Positions 17,019 to 25,476 of a DNA stretch of 26,856 nucleotides are shown here, in pieces. This DNA is from a virus. Its lineage: Duplodnaviria; Caudoviricetes. The notes beneath the pieces are model-generated. The model did no database searches. It was not told the origin of the DNA and saw nothing but the letters and a program-made list of their open reading frames with translations. The stretch covers positions 1 through 26,856 of IMG/VR virus record IMGVR_UViG_3300027813_000069, one strand, 5' to 3'. The translations under genes were made by a program, and so were the position numbers. How positions within the stretch are numbered: position 1 is the stretch's first letter; the number at the start of each line of letters is the position of its first letter.

Positions 17019-17632
17019 TAGTTAGTACTCCCAAAAGGATTCATCTCTGATAAATCCAAAACATCATCATCCATAGTATCCCAATCTGGAGTACCAAGTT
17101 CGGCGTCAATAGCCGTCTGAATTTCTGCTTCAAGTCCTTCAATCTCTGTGTCAACCACTGTAATATCTTCGTGGCCATATTCCCAAGGTTTCAGCGTTAG
17201 AGTCCATACGTGTTGTGGACCATCTGGTGTTGGGTAGAATGACGAATCATTTCCGACAAATGTCACTTCAAATAATGCTTCAGCATCAGAGAAAAATAAC
17301 AAGTCTCCAGCGATTGGTCTATCATCATCTGTTGATGCGGTTTGCTCTGCGAAAGATTTCTTCGTAAATGAAACTTTCATTTCATCTGTTACAGACACAC
17401 CAAATTTAGAATAGAAATCTCCAACATCTCCATATTCTTGATAATCGTCAATAAGAATATTGAACTCCCATATAGTATCAAATTTACTTGTAGGGTCCTC
17501 CCCGAATATCGGGTCAAGGCCAGTTCCATATTTTCGTGGAAGATATTTTGCTGTGAATCCAATCACGGCAACAACTTCTTCTACGATATCCTTAATCATC
17601 GGCGATTTGGACATATTGTCGAACATTCCCAT
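17018..17632 (-). CDS. gp14: Neck protein gp14
   Basis: YLPR, FGEDP.SKF, SKFG..V.DE, RP..GDL..F, LFEV.FV, LDLSE.NPFG. Confidence 0.93.
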   Translation of the reverse strand: MGMFDNMSKSPMIKDIVEEVVAVIGFTAKYLPRKYGTGLDPIFGEDPTSKFDTIWEFNILIDDYQEYGDVGDFYSKFGVSVTDEMKVSFTKKSFAEQTASTDDDRPIAGDLLFFSDAEALFEVTFVGNDSSFYPTPDGPQHVWTLTLKPWEYGHEDITVVDTEIEGLEAEIQTAIDAELGTPDWDTMDDDVLDLSEMNPFGSTN

Positions 17633-17636
17633 TGTC

Positions 17637-18452
17637 TTATCCTACTAGAAAATTAACTGGAAGTTCATAGTTTAGGGAGAATTCCTCTTCGAGTTTGGTT
17701 ATCTCTTCTGAAGCCTCGTCCCAAACTTTTTGACCATTAACCGTAATCCCACCGGGTAAAGGCATTCCGTCAAATTGTTTCATATTAGCACCCCACTGTT
17801 GCTTAATCATTGCAGTAGCATACTTCTTAACCCATTCATCATTATAAACATCGATACCAAATCCTGTTGCTTCATTAGGTACAACTGCTTTCCAAGCCCG
17901 TAAGAGTAGAGAGTGTCCTCTAGTCCAAGTTCCTGAGGCAGTTTCGCAATCCGTTTGGTTTAGTATCGTATCATCAGAACAAACAGGCCCGATAATTTTA
18001 CCAGAGTGTGAATGTAATTGATTTGTTGCTTTATTGAAAGAGAATGTTCTGTCTGGATTGAAATAACTGGAAACCATATCTAAATGTTGCATAGTTATTT
18101 CATAGTTCGTCATACTCGCTTTCGTCATATCGAACATTTCATCCGCCATAATTTTATAGCGAACATCATTCATAGCCTCAGAAGAATATCTTCCGGGCTC
18201 ATATATTCTAGTTACTGCTATGATTGAATCATCAAGCGTAAGAAATTTGTTTGTAGCATCTTCCTGAGTGAATTCATAAACTATAAACTCCTCCACAGCG
18301 CCATCAAAGTGGCGTTCGATGAATAGTTGAATAGTATCATCAATACGGTCAAGTGCTTGTGTGTCATCAACTTGGATTTCAATCTTAGGAGAACCGAGTT
18401 TTCGGTAAGCATAATCTCTGAGTCCAGTTGCTGTTTGTATTTTTGCCATCAT
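17637..18452 (-). CDS. gp13: Neck protein gp13
   Basis: LRDYA.RKLG.P.IEI.VDD.Q..DRIDD.IQ.F.E.HFDG, WVKKYATA.IKQQWG.N...F.G..LPGG.T.NG. Confidence 0.96.
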   Translation of the reverse strand: MMAKIQTATGLRDYAYRKLGSPKIEIQVDDTQALDRIDDTIQLFIERHFDGAVEEFIVYEFTQEDATNKFLTLDDSIIAVTRIYEPGRYSSEAMNDVRYKIMADEMFDMTKASMTNYEITMQHLDMVSSYFNPDRTFSFNKATNQLHSHSGKIIGPVCSDDTILNQTDCETASGTWTRGHSLLLRAWKAVVPNEATGFGIDVYNDEWVKKYATAMIKQQWGANMKQFDGMPLPGGITVNGQKVWDEASEEITKLEEEFSLNYELPVNFLVG

Positions 18453-18470
18453 TTACTCCGTCTATTACAT

Positions 18471-18821
18471 CTATTTATGTTGTTTCAAATCTTGCAGTAT
18501 TCGTTTGTACTGTGTTCTCATTGACCATTTAAATCTAAGTATAGTATAGATAAACAGTGCCACAGCCGAAGAATATCCAATTTGTGCTATCGCCATTGCT
18601 TGGTGTGGTTTAGTTTGTAACAGTTCTGCTAACTCCGGGTAGCACAAAAAACAATTATATGAACTGTAAAATTCTACTACCGCTCCAAGCAAAATAGCCG
18701 AACGAGCCCAACACGAGTAATATTTCCTATGTCGTAAAGTAAAAAAGAATGCACCGATGGCAACTGCGGTAACAATTATGGAAAGGAATTTCTCAACTTC
18801 AAATAATAGGTCTACCATCAT
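18471..18821 (-). CDS. Small integral membrane protein (about 3 TM), possible holin-like
   Basis: Three hydrophobic segments and a basic C-terminal tail; lies in a late operon. Confidence 0.6.
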   Translation of the reverse strand: MMVDLLFEVEKFLSIIVTAVAIGAFFFTLRHRKYYSCWARSAILLGAVVEFYSSYNCFLCYPELAELLQTKPHQAMAIAQIGYSSAVALFIYTILRFKWSMRTQYKRILQDLKQHK

Positions 18822-18827
18822 ATCATA

Positions 18828-19097
18828 TCATCCACTTTTTACCCAGTATATGGCTAGGCCAATTCCTGCGGATAGCAAGAGCCAAAAAACTCTCTCGCCA
18901 TTGCCTATCTGAATTTTGCTAGTAGAGATTTCGACTTGTTGGTCATCGGTCTGGTCAATAAGTTTATCCAACTTCTTTTCAATACGGTCCACGCTATTGT
19001 AAACCGTCTTCATTTGTTCTTCTAGTCGGGTAATTCTCTCTTTCATATTATCAATGCCGGACCACAGCCTCTCTAGCGTTTCGATTCCTGTGTCCAT
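18828..19097 (-). CDS. Coiled-coil protein with C-terminal TM helix (XhlA/holin-like architecture)
   Basis: RITRLEE...VDRIEKKLDKL coiled coil followed by VFWLLLSAGIGLAIYWV. Confidence 0.65.
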   Translation of the reverse strand: MDTGIETLERLWSGIDNMKERITRLEEQMKTVYNSVDRIEKKLDKLIDQTDDQQVEISTSKIQIGNGERVFWLLLSAGIGLAIYWVKSG

Positions 19098-19173
19098 ATT
19101 TTCCCTAACGTATATATAATTATGTTACTTTAAAAGTGATTGTGCATTATAGTCTTTCTAGTGGCTATAATAG

Positions 19174-19181
19174 TATTTATA
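19174..19181 (-). promoter_or_regulatory. T4 late promoter for the membrane protein/gp13-gp16 operon
   Basis: TATAAATA on the minus strand within the divergent intergenic region. Confidence 0.8.
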
Positions 19182-19207
19182 TTAAATGTGATGTTGGAGA
19201 TGATATT

Positions 19208-20455
19208 ATGAATAAACGAATTTATGTAGTTGGAGATGTGATGTTAGACTCATATTGGGCAGGCGATAGTACACGCTTGTCGCCAGAGTCTCCCGTCCCA
19301 GTAGTAGATAATGTTGTGGTGGAGAATCGTCTAGGCGGTGCTGGAAACGTCTGCCACACGCTTAAAGTATTTACCGATGACGTTGTACTGTTTACGACTG
19401 TAGGACTTGATAGAGAGGGAGGGCTTGTCTCTCAATTGCTTGCTAACTCTATGATAACTAACGATTTAACGCTTGGTCCCAACTCAAAAACAGTCACCAA
19501 AACACGCATATTATCGAATGACCAACAACTATGTCGGTTAGACAGTGGTTACATTAAAGACGCTCCACCCCTCTTTGGCGCACCACCAGACGTTGTTATC
19601 ATATCAGACTATGGTAAGGGCACGATAACTTCTGAGGTAATTGATGACTGGCTTGATAAAAGTGACTGTCCGATTCTGGTTGACCCTAAAGGGACCGACT
19701 GGGAGAAATATAGTGGAGTATTCGCAATAACCCCAAACAAAAAAGAATTTGAAGATGCTTATGGTGAATTCACATATGATAGAGCCCTCCAAGTAATCGA
19801 ATCATTAGACTTAAAGGGTGGGCTTCTAATAACTCTGGGTGCTGGTGGTATGCAGTGGATTGGCCGTGACGGAGCATCAATCCTTAGAAAAGCCGAATGT
19901 GCTGAACAAGTTCGAGATGTTACTGGTGCTGGTGATACGGTAATAGCCACATTCGCATTATTCCTAGGAAGCCACGGCATCAAACAAGCAATGGATTTAG
20001 CAAATAAAGCCGCAGGAAATGTTGTTACTAAATTAGGTACTGCCATCCCAGATAAGGAAGCAGTATTAGAAACTGTTGTTTTCACAAACGGATGTTTTGA
20101 TATCATACATTCTGGTCACATTAGTTTACTTCAAACTGCCTCTAAAATGGGAGATAGACTGATTGTGGGAATTAATAGTGATGATTCAATGACTAGAATC
20201 AAAAGAAAACCAGTAAATAATATGGTAGAAAGGAAGAAAGTGTTAGAGGCTATAGCAGGTGTGGATAACGTAATCATATTTGAAGATGATACACCATATG
20301 ACTTGATTAAATCATTAGAACCTGATATAATAGTAAAAGGCGGCGACTACACGATTGACCAAGTTGTCGGATACGATTTAGCAGAGGTCAGAATTATCGA
20401 TACCGTTGAAGGTAAAAGTACAACCGAAACAATAAAGAGAGCAAAATATGCCTAG
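19208..20455 (+). CDS. hldE: Bifunctional heptose-7-phosphate kinase / heptose-1-phosphate nucleotidyltransferase (HldE/RfaE)
   Basis: PfkB kinase motifs VGDVMLD.YW.G...RLSPE.PVPV, GGAGNV, SDYGKG, VDPKG, TPN..EF, DVTGAGDTV. Nucleotidyltransferase motifs FTNGCFDIIHSGH, VGINSDDS, VKGGDY, GKSTT. Start set at ATG 19208 after SD GGAG. Confidence 0.95.
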   Translation: MNKRIYVVGDVMLDSYWAGDSTRLSPESPVPVVDNVVVENRLGGAGNVCHTLKVFTDDVVLFTTVGLDREGGLVSQLLANSMITNDLTLGPNSKTVTKTRILSNDQQLCRLDSGYIKDAPPLFGAPPDVVIISDYGKGTITSEVIDDWLDKSDCPILVDPKGTDWEKYSGVFAITPNKKEFEDAYGEFTYDRALQVIESLDLKGGLLITLGAGGMQWIGRDGASILRKAECAEQVRDVTGAGDTVIATFALFLGSHGIKQAMDLANKAAGNVVTKLGTAIPDKEAVLETVVFTNGCFDIIHSGHISLLQTASKMGDRLIVGINSDDSMTRIKRKPVNNMVERKKVLEAIAGVDNVIIFEDDTPYDLIKSLEPDIIVKGGDYTIDQVVGYDLAEVRIIDTVEGKSTTETIKRAKYA

Positions 20456-20882
20456 AGAAATTAAAAAGGGATGGGGCCACGAGGTCATCATTGAAAGTAA
20501 TGATACTTACTGTATGAAGCAACTGTGTTTTTATAAGAAAGGGCACAAGTCATCATTTCATTTCCATAAGGAAAAAGAAGAAACTTGGTTAATCCAATCT
20601 GGGTCTGTACAAGTTGAAATTATGGATATGAGGGATTCTGCTACTAGAATGGAAATTCTTAAAACTGGAGATACCCTTCATCTGAAGCCTATGACACCGC
20701 ATCAAGTAACTAGTTTGGAAGATAATACAGTTATCCTCGAGGCATCAAGTAAAGACACACCCGAGGATAATTATAGAATTGCTCCGGGAGATTCCCAAAA
20801 GCGTCAGTTAGATATTAAACCTGGAGATTACACTCAAGGGCGACCGGGTATTGAAAAGCAAGCATTAGACATATCTGCTTGA
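20448..20882 (+). CDS. Cupin, sugar-phosphate isomerase-like
   Basis: KGWG.E, SS.HFH.EKEETW....G, GD.LHL.P.TPHQ; overlaps the hldE stop. Confidence 0.85.
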   Translation: MPREIKKGWGHEVIIESNDTYCMKQLCFYKKGHKSSFHFHKEKEETWLIQSGSVQVEIMDMRDSATRMEILKTGDTLHLKPMTPHQVTSLEDNTVILEASSKDTPEDNYRIAPGDSQKRQLDIKPGDYTQGRPGIEKQALDISA

Positions 20883-21889
20883 GTAAAAGATTGATAATGT
20901 TCTTTCAGTTCAGATGGCATAGGTATAAATCGTATTTTATCTTTGCTATCTGTGGCTTCTTCTGCCAATTCAAGAAATGACTTAGCAGTTCCAGTACCAA
21001 TGTTATATACACCACTTCTTCCGTTGTGCATTGCATTCATTGTACAATAAATTACCTGGTCAATAGGAATGAAGTCTCGCTTCATCTCATCAGAACCAGT
21101 AAAAACTGTGACTTGACCAATTCTCTCGTATTCTTCTTTCATCCAAGCCGTAGCAGATTTCATACCTTCCTTATGTTGCTCAAACTCTCCGTCTGAACAT
21201 ACGTTAAAGTATCTTAGTCCAATAATCTTGGAATTATCAAGCGACATAAATTTCCTACTATATCTATCTGCTTGGAGTTTTGATAGTCCGTAATAATTAG
21301 TCGGAATATAATCGTCACTCTTATCATCAAATACTGTAGAATTTCCATACACTGCGGCACTAGACGCATAAACCATAGGCACTTTGTTCATTGCACATAT
21401 GTCCATCAGATTACAGGTGTATTGATAGTTATTTTCCATCAAATATTTTCCATCATCACAAGTAGTGGCACTCTCAGCCCCGAAATGATAAATGCAATCA
21501 ACCATACCATTCTCAGCCATAAAGCCGAATAATTCAATAAATTTAGATTTATCAGTATAGTCTTGGAATCGTAGTTTTGCAATATTCTGAAGTTTTTTCG
21601 GGTCTGTTAAATCATCGACAATAAGGATATTCTCTTTACCATCATTATTCAACTTCTTGATAAGATTGCTTCCAATAAATCCTGCACCGCCAGTTACAAT
21701 AATTATTCTATTTTTCCCTTCAGGACCAGGAGCGTCTTTTGGGTCTGGATGTCCCCCTTTGGGTTCTGGTCCGCCTGACGGCCCATATTTTGTAATCTCT
21801 TCAGGCTCCTCAGGCTGCCATTCAGAGTTATCAAATAAATCTTCTTGCGTCATCTCAATCGCATCTTCTTCTCGGCTGCCATCAGTCAT
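20834..21889 (-). CDS. hldD: ADP-L-glycero-D-manno-heptose-6-epimerase (HldD/RfaD)-like extended SDR
   Basis: IIVTGGAGFIGSNL, ILIVDDL, H.GAESATT, NNYQYT, YASSAAVYG, YGLSK (YxxxK), LRYFNV, E.HK, RDFI, YNIGTG, YQSFTQAD. Confidence 0.9.
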   Translation of the reverse strand: MTDGSREEDAIEMTQEDLFDNSEWQPEEPEEITKYGPSGGPEPKGGHPDPKDAPGPEGKNRIIIVTGGAGFIGSNLIKKLNNDGKENILIVDDLTDPKKLQNIAKLRFQDYTDKSKFIELFGFMAENGMVDCIYHFGAESATTCDDGKYLMENNYQYTCNLMDICAMNKVPMVYASSAAVYGNSTVFDDKSDDYIPTNYYGLSKLQADRYSRKFMSLDNSKIIGLRYFNVCSDGEFEQHKEGMKSATAWMKEEYERIGQVTVFTGSDEMKRDFIPIDQVIYCTMNAMHNGRSGVYNIGTGTAKSFLELAEEATDSKDKIRFIPMPSELKEHYQSFTQADMSNACFSIPGRP

Positions 21890-23684
21890 CTTTTTTCTCC
21901 TTATTTTTAACTTGTATTATTAGGTCATTGTCTGGGATATAGAGATATTCAATATCACTACTTGCCAATGTTCTAATCGCATCTTCAATAGTTTCCACTA
22001 GAGGTTCTCCCCCTAAATTGAAAGATGTATTGAATAGTATAGGTACTCCAGTTTGAGCGTGGAATTCCTTAATCATTGCATAGTACGTTGGATTCTGGTG
22101 TTCTTTAACAGTTTGAATTCTACAAGTACCATCTATATGAATGATTGCAGGAATCATATTCATCTTCTCTTCCGAAGAACAATTCATTGCATACATCATA
22201 TGAGGAGATTCTTCTAAACCTCTCATATCAAACCACTCATCAGCATATTCGTGCATAATCGACCCTGCAAATGGTCGGAAATATTCTCTATGCTTCACCG
22301 AATTAACGTAATCTTTACCATCTTCTGTTCTTGGGTCAAACAATATAGAACGATTTCCTAATGCTCTAGGACCATTCTCGCACTGACTTTGAAACAGAGT
22401 GACGATATTCCCCTTTAATATTAGTTTAACCGCATCTTCTGGACTTTGTTTATCAGTGACGGCAGTAGCGCCATACTCTTTCGCAATAGCAACAATTTCT
22501 TCATCAGTTGCAGTTACTTTAGGTCCAAGAAATAGTGACTCACCAAACGGACGAATATTCGTATCTCCAGTAAGACTGTAATGGACAAGTAGGGCGGCAC
22601 CCATAGCGGTACCAGCATCATTTGAAATTGGCTCTACGTATATGTTAATATCTTCATCTTTTAGTTGTTCGAGATACCAATAGTTAGCGACACAATTTAG
22701 ACCGTAACCACCAGAGATAACCACATTATTATTAGCACTCATATCCACTGCTTTACGAATCAATTCTAATACCATCTGTTGAGATTCCGTCTGAACAGCA
22801 TATGCCATATCCCTACGGTTTTGAAGTAGAGTAATATCTGCTTCCATATCAGTGTCAAAATTATCTAAGGATTCATATCTTTCAACATTGACAACTGCGC
22901 CATTAGGATAAGTAGGAATAATTACATTTCTATCTGTAGTTCTCCACTTACCAGTTGGTCCACCATCAGTATAAATCTCTGGGATTTCTTCGTTGTATTC
23001 GCCATAAGGGAAAAGACCCATAGTCTTTCCTGCTTCAATTGGCTGCCAACCACAATATTGAGTAACTGCCTCATATGCTTTTACGATACCACCAGAGTCA
23101 TCAAGAACCAACTCGTGTGTTCCCTCTTCTCCTTCTCTATCAGATTTCATTTCTGGTATTTGAATAGAAGGCCAAGGACCACGACCACCTTGATGTTTAT
23201 AAAGGGTCTTGAACTTGGCTGGGTAAGCACAATCAAAAATTGTCTCTAGTTCCCAAGTCATCTCCTCTTCGCCATTGATATTCATAGGAATGAAAGTTCC
23301 TGCACCATCAACAATAACAGCACAAGCAGATTCAAATCCTGAGCGATAAAAGGCACAAGCGGCGTGCATTTTGTGGTGCCATTTGTCCATCTGAATTACT
23401 TGGTCTTGTGGATTACTAATCAATCGCAATTTCCTGGCGAGTCCAACTATCACATTATCACCGCTAAATTCTACACGACTTTCATCAGGTTGTGTATGTG
23501 AGATAACAAGATAATCAATTTTATCAGTGTAATCTAGAATTTTGACAAGTGACGCATAAGGTCCACCATCATATTTCTGTCGTGAAAGCCTCTCTTCTTC
23601 AATAGAGAAGACAATTTCCCCATCTTTCAGTAGGCATACACCCCCATTATGTCCTCTGGCAACTCCAGCAATCCACGTAGTCAT
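21882..23684 (-). CDS. O-carbamoyltransferase, NodU/CmcH family (copy 1)
   Basis: EEERLSRQK, HH..HAA.AFY.SGF, VDGAG, GKTMGL..YG, GG..LNCVAN, DAGTAMGAA, GPRALGNRSI, K.REYFRPFA, HIDGTCRIQTV, NTSFNLGGEPLVET. Confidence 0.95.
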   Translation of the reverse strand: MTTWIAGVARGHNGGVCLLKDGEIVFSIEEERLSRQKYDGGPYASLVKILDYTDKIDYLVISHTQPDESRVEFSGDNVIVGLARKLRLISNPQDQVIQMDKWHHKMHAACAFYRSGFESACAVIVDGAGTFIPMNINGEEEMTWELETIFDCAYPAKFKTLYKHQGGRGPWPSIQIPEMKSDREGEEGTHELVLDDSGGIVKAYEAVTQYCGWQPIEAGKTMGLFPYGEYNEEIPEIYTDGGPTGKWRTTDRNVIIPTYPNGAVVNVERYESLDNFDTDMEADITLLQNRRDMAYAVQTESQQMVLELIRKAVDMSANNNVVISGGYGLNCVANYWYLEQLKDEDINIYVEPISNDAGTAMGAALLVHYSLTGDTNIRPFGESLFLGPKVTATDEEIVAIAKEYGATAVTDKQSPEDAVKLILKGNIVTLFQSQCENGPRALGNRSILFDPRTEDGKDYVNSVKHREYFRPFAGSIMHEYADEWFDMRGLEESPHMMYAMNCSSEEKMNMIPAIIHIDGTCRIQTVKEHQNPTYYAMIKEFHAQTGVPILFNTSFNLGGEPLVETIEDAIRTLASSDIEYLYIPDNDLIIQVKNKEKKDD

Positions 23685-25474
23685 ATCTTCACTCCTTCAT
23701 TATGTAATCTAATCAAACTGTTTATTTCTGGCATCCAACAATATTCTATTTCGGAATTAGCCAACGTGAGTAACGCATCATCAATAGTTTCTACTAGAGG
23801 TTCTCCACCTAAATTGAAAGATGTATTAAATAGTATAGGTACGTTTGTAAGTTTATAAAATTCTTCGATAAGGCCGTAGAAATTTCTGTTCTTTTCTTCG
23901 GTCACTGTTTGTATTCTACACGTATTATCTATATGACAAATAGATGGTACCAAATCTGCCTTTCCCTCTTTAAGGTCAACAGCATACATCATACTAGGAG
24001 ATTCCTCTAAGCCTTTCATATCGAACCACTCGTGAGCGTGTTCTTTTAATACTGAGCCTGCAAACGGTCTAAAATACTCTCTTCCCTTTACTCTATTCAC
24101 TAAATCTTTTCCATTGACTATAGTAGGATTAAATACAATACTTCTATTACCTAATGCTCTCGGTCCAGCCTCTGAGCGTCCTTGAAATATAGAAACAATA
24201 TTACCTTCTTCAATCAACTTTGCAACATCTTTAGTACCAACGATTGATATCTCACCGCCACATTTTTCACTAATTTCCTCAAAACTATAATCATACTTTG
24301 GTCCTAAGAATAGATTATCGTTCCGTTTCCTGACAGTAGTATTCTTAGTTATATGATAATAAAATGTTAATGCGGCACCAGTGGCAGTACCAGCATCTGA
24401 AGAGTTTGGTTCTACATATAAGTTAATGCCATACTTGTTTAGTGTATCCAAATAATTATAATTAGACACACAATTAAGAGCATAACCTCCAGTCAATACA
24501 ACATTTTTGTTGCCACTAATTTCAGATGCTTTGAGTATTAGTTGTAATGCTTGTTCTTGGGTTTCAACTTGAACCGCATATGCCATATCCCTTCTATTTT
24601 GACTTAGAGTTAACTCTGAATCCCAGGAAACATCATCTAAAAATGTATATTCTTGTTTACTGATATTGACGCCAGATTCTGAACCTTGGCGAACAAAGTA
24701 TTTGTTTAAGAAAAGGTCTTTATTAGATGTGATGCCATTAAATAGTGGAGGAATATTTTCATTTGGAGAACCAAACGCAGATAGTCCCATCGTTTTGCCT
24801 GAGTCGTTGTAATGAAACCCGCAATAATTTGTGATACAATCCCAAACCTTTCCGATTCCACCCGAAGCGTCTCCAATAGTCTCAGTTCCTTTGTCAATAC
24901 TATAGATACTTGGACCGTTATTCGTTCCCATTTTTTTATATAATGGATACATAGTTTTTGAATACGAACAATCAAAAATTGATTCTACTTCAAAATAAAG
25001 GTCCGTAGTCTCATCATTTCCATATTGTACTGAACTTCCACAACTATCTATCACCACCGTCGCGGCAGATTCAAACCCAGAATTAAAGAACCCAATCGCG
25101 GCGTGTTGTGCGTGATGGTTTTGGAACATATTAATAACTTGTGGATGTCGGTCACTAGTTGAAGTGCCCTTCGCCATCTGTTTAATTAATCCTAATCGTC
25201 TTGCAAATCCCTGATAAATGGGCTCTCGGGTGTATTCAAAAGTTGTGTGTTGTTTAGAAGCCACCTCATCGCCACCTACAGTCAATCCTGCCACAATCAA
25301 GTAATCAATTTTATCAGTATAATCTAAAATTTTCATCATACTGAGTAACGGACCACCTTCGTGCTTGAATCGAGAAAGTCGTTCTTCTTCGACAGAGAAA
25401 ACAATTTCTCCGTCTTTTAGAAGGCAAACCCCTGCGTTATGTCCTATTGATATCCCAGCAATCCACTGAGCCAT
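23681..25474 (-). CDS. O-carbamoyltransferase, NodU/CmcH family (copy 2)
   Basis: Same motif set (EEERLSRFK, HHAQHAA, GKTMGL, LNCVSN, DAGTATGAA, EAGPRALGNRSI, REYFRPFA, NTSFNLGGEPLVET). Confidence 0.95.
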   Translation of the reverse strand: MAQWIAGISIGHNAGVCLLKDGEIVFSVEEERLSRFKHEGGPLLSMMKILDYTDKIDYLIVAGLTVGGDEVASKQHTTFEYTREPIYQGFARRLGLIKQMAKGTSTSDRHPQVINMFQNHHAQHAAIGFFNSGFESAATVVIDSCGSSVQYGNDETTDLYFEVESIFDCSYSKTMYPLYKKMGTNNGPSIYSIDKGTETIGDASGGIGKVWDCITNYCGFHYNDSGKTMGLSAFGSPNENIPPLFNGITSNKDLFLNKYFVRQGSESGVNISKQEYTFLDDVSWDSELTLSQNRRDMAYAVQVETQEQALQLILKASEISGNKNVVLTGGYALNCVSNYNYLDTLNKYGINLYVEPNSSDAGTATGAALTFYYHITKNTTVRKRNDNLFLGPKYDYSFEEISEKCGGEISIVGTKDVAKLIEEGNIVSIFQGRSEAGPRALGNRSIVFNPTIVNGKDLVNRVKGREYFRPFAGSVLKEHAHEWFDMKGLEESPSMMYAVDLKEGKADLVPSICHIDNTCRIQTVTEEKNRNFYGLIEEFYKLTNVPILFNTSFNLGGEPLVETIDDALLTLANSEIEYCWMPEINSLIRLHNEGVKI

Positions 25475-25476
25475 AA

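Noticed and set aside
19136-19207. Upstream GTG start for hldE
   Set aside because: It overlaps promoter elements; SD GGAG and the family N-terminus support ATG 19208.
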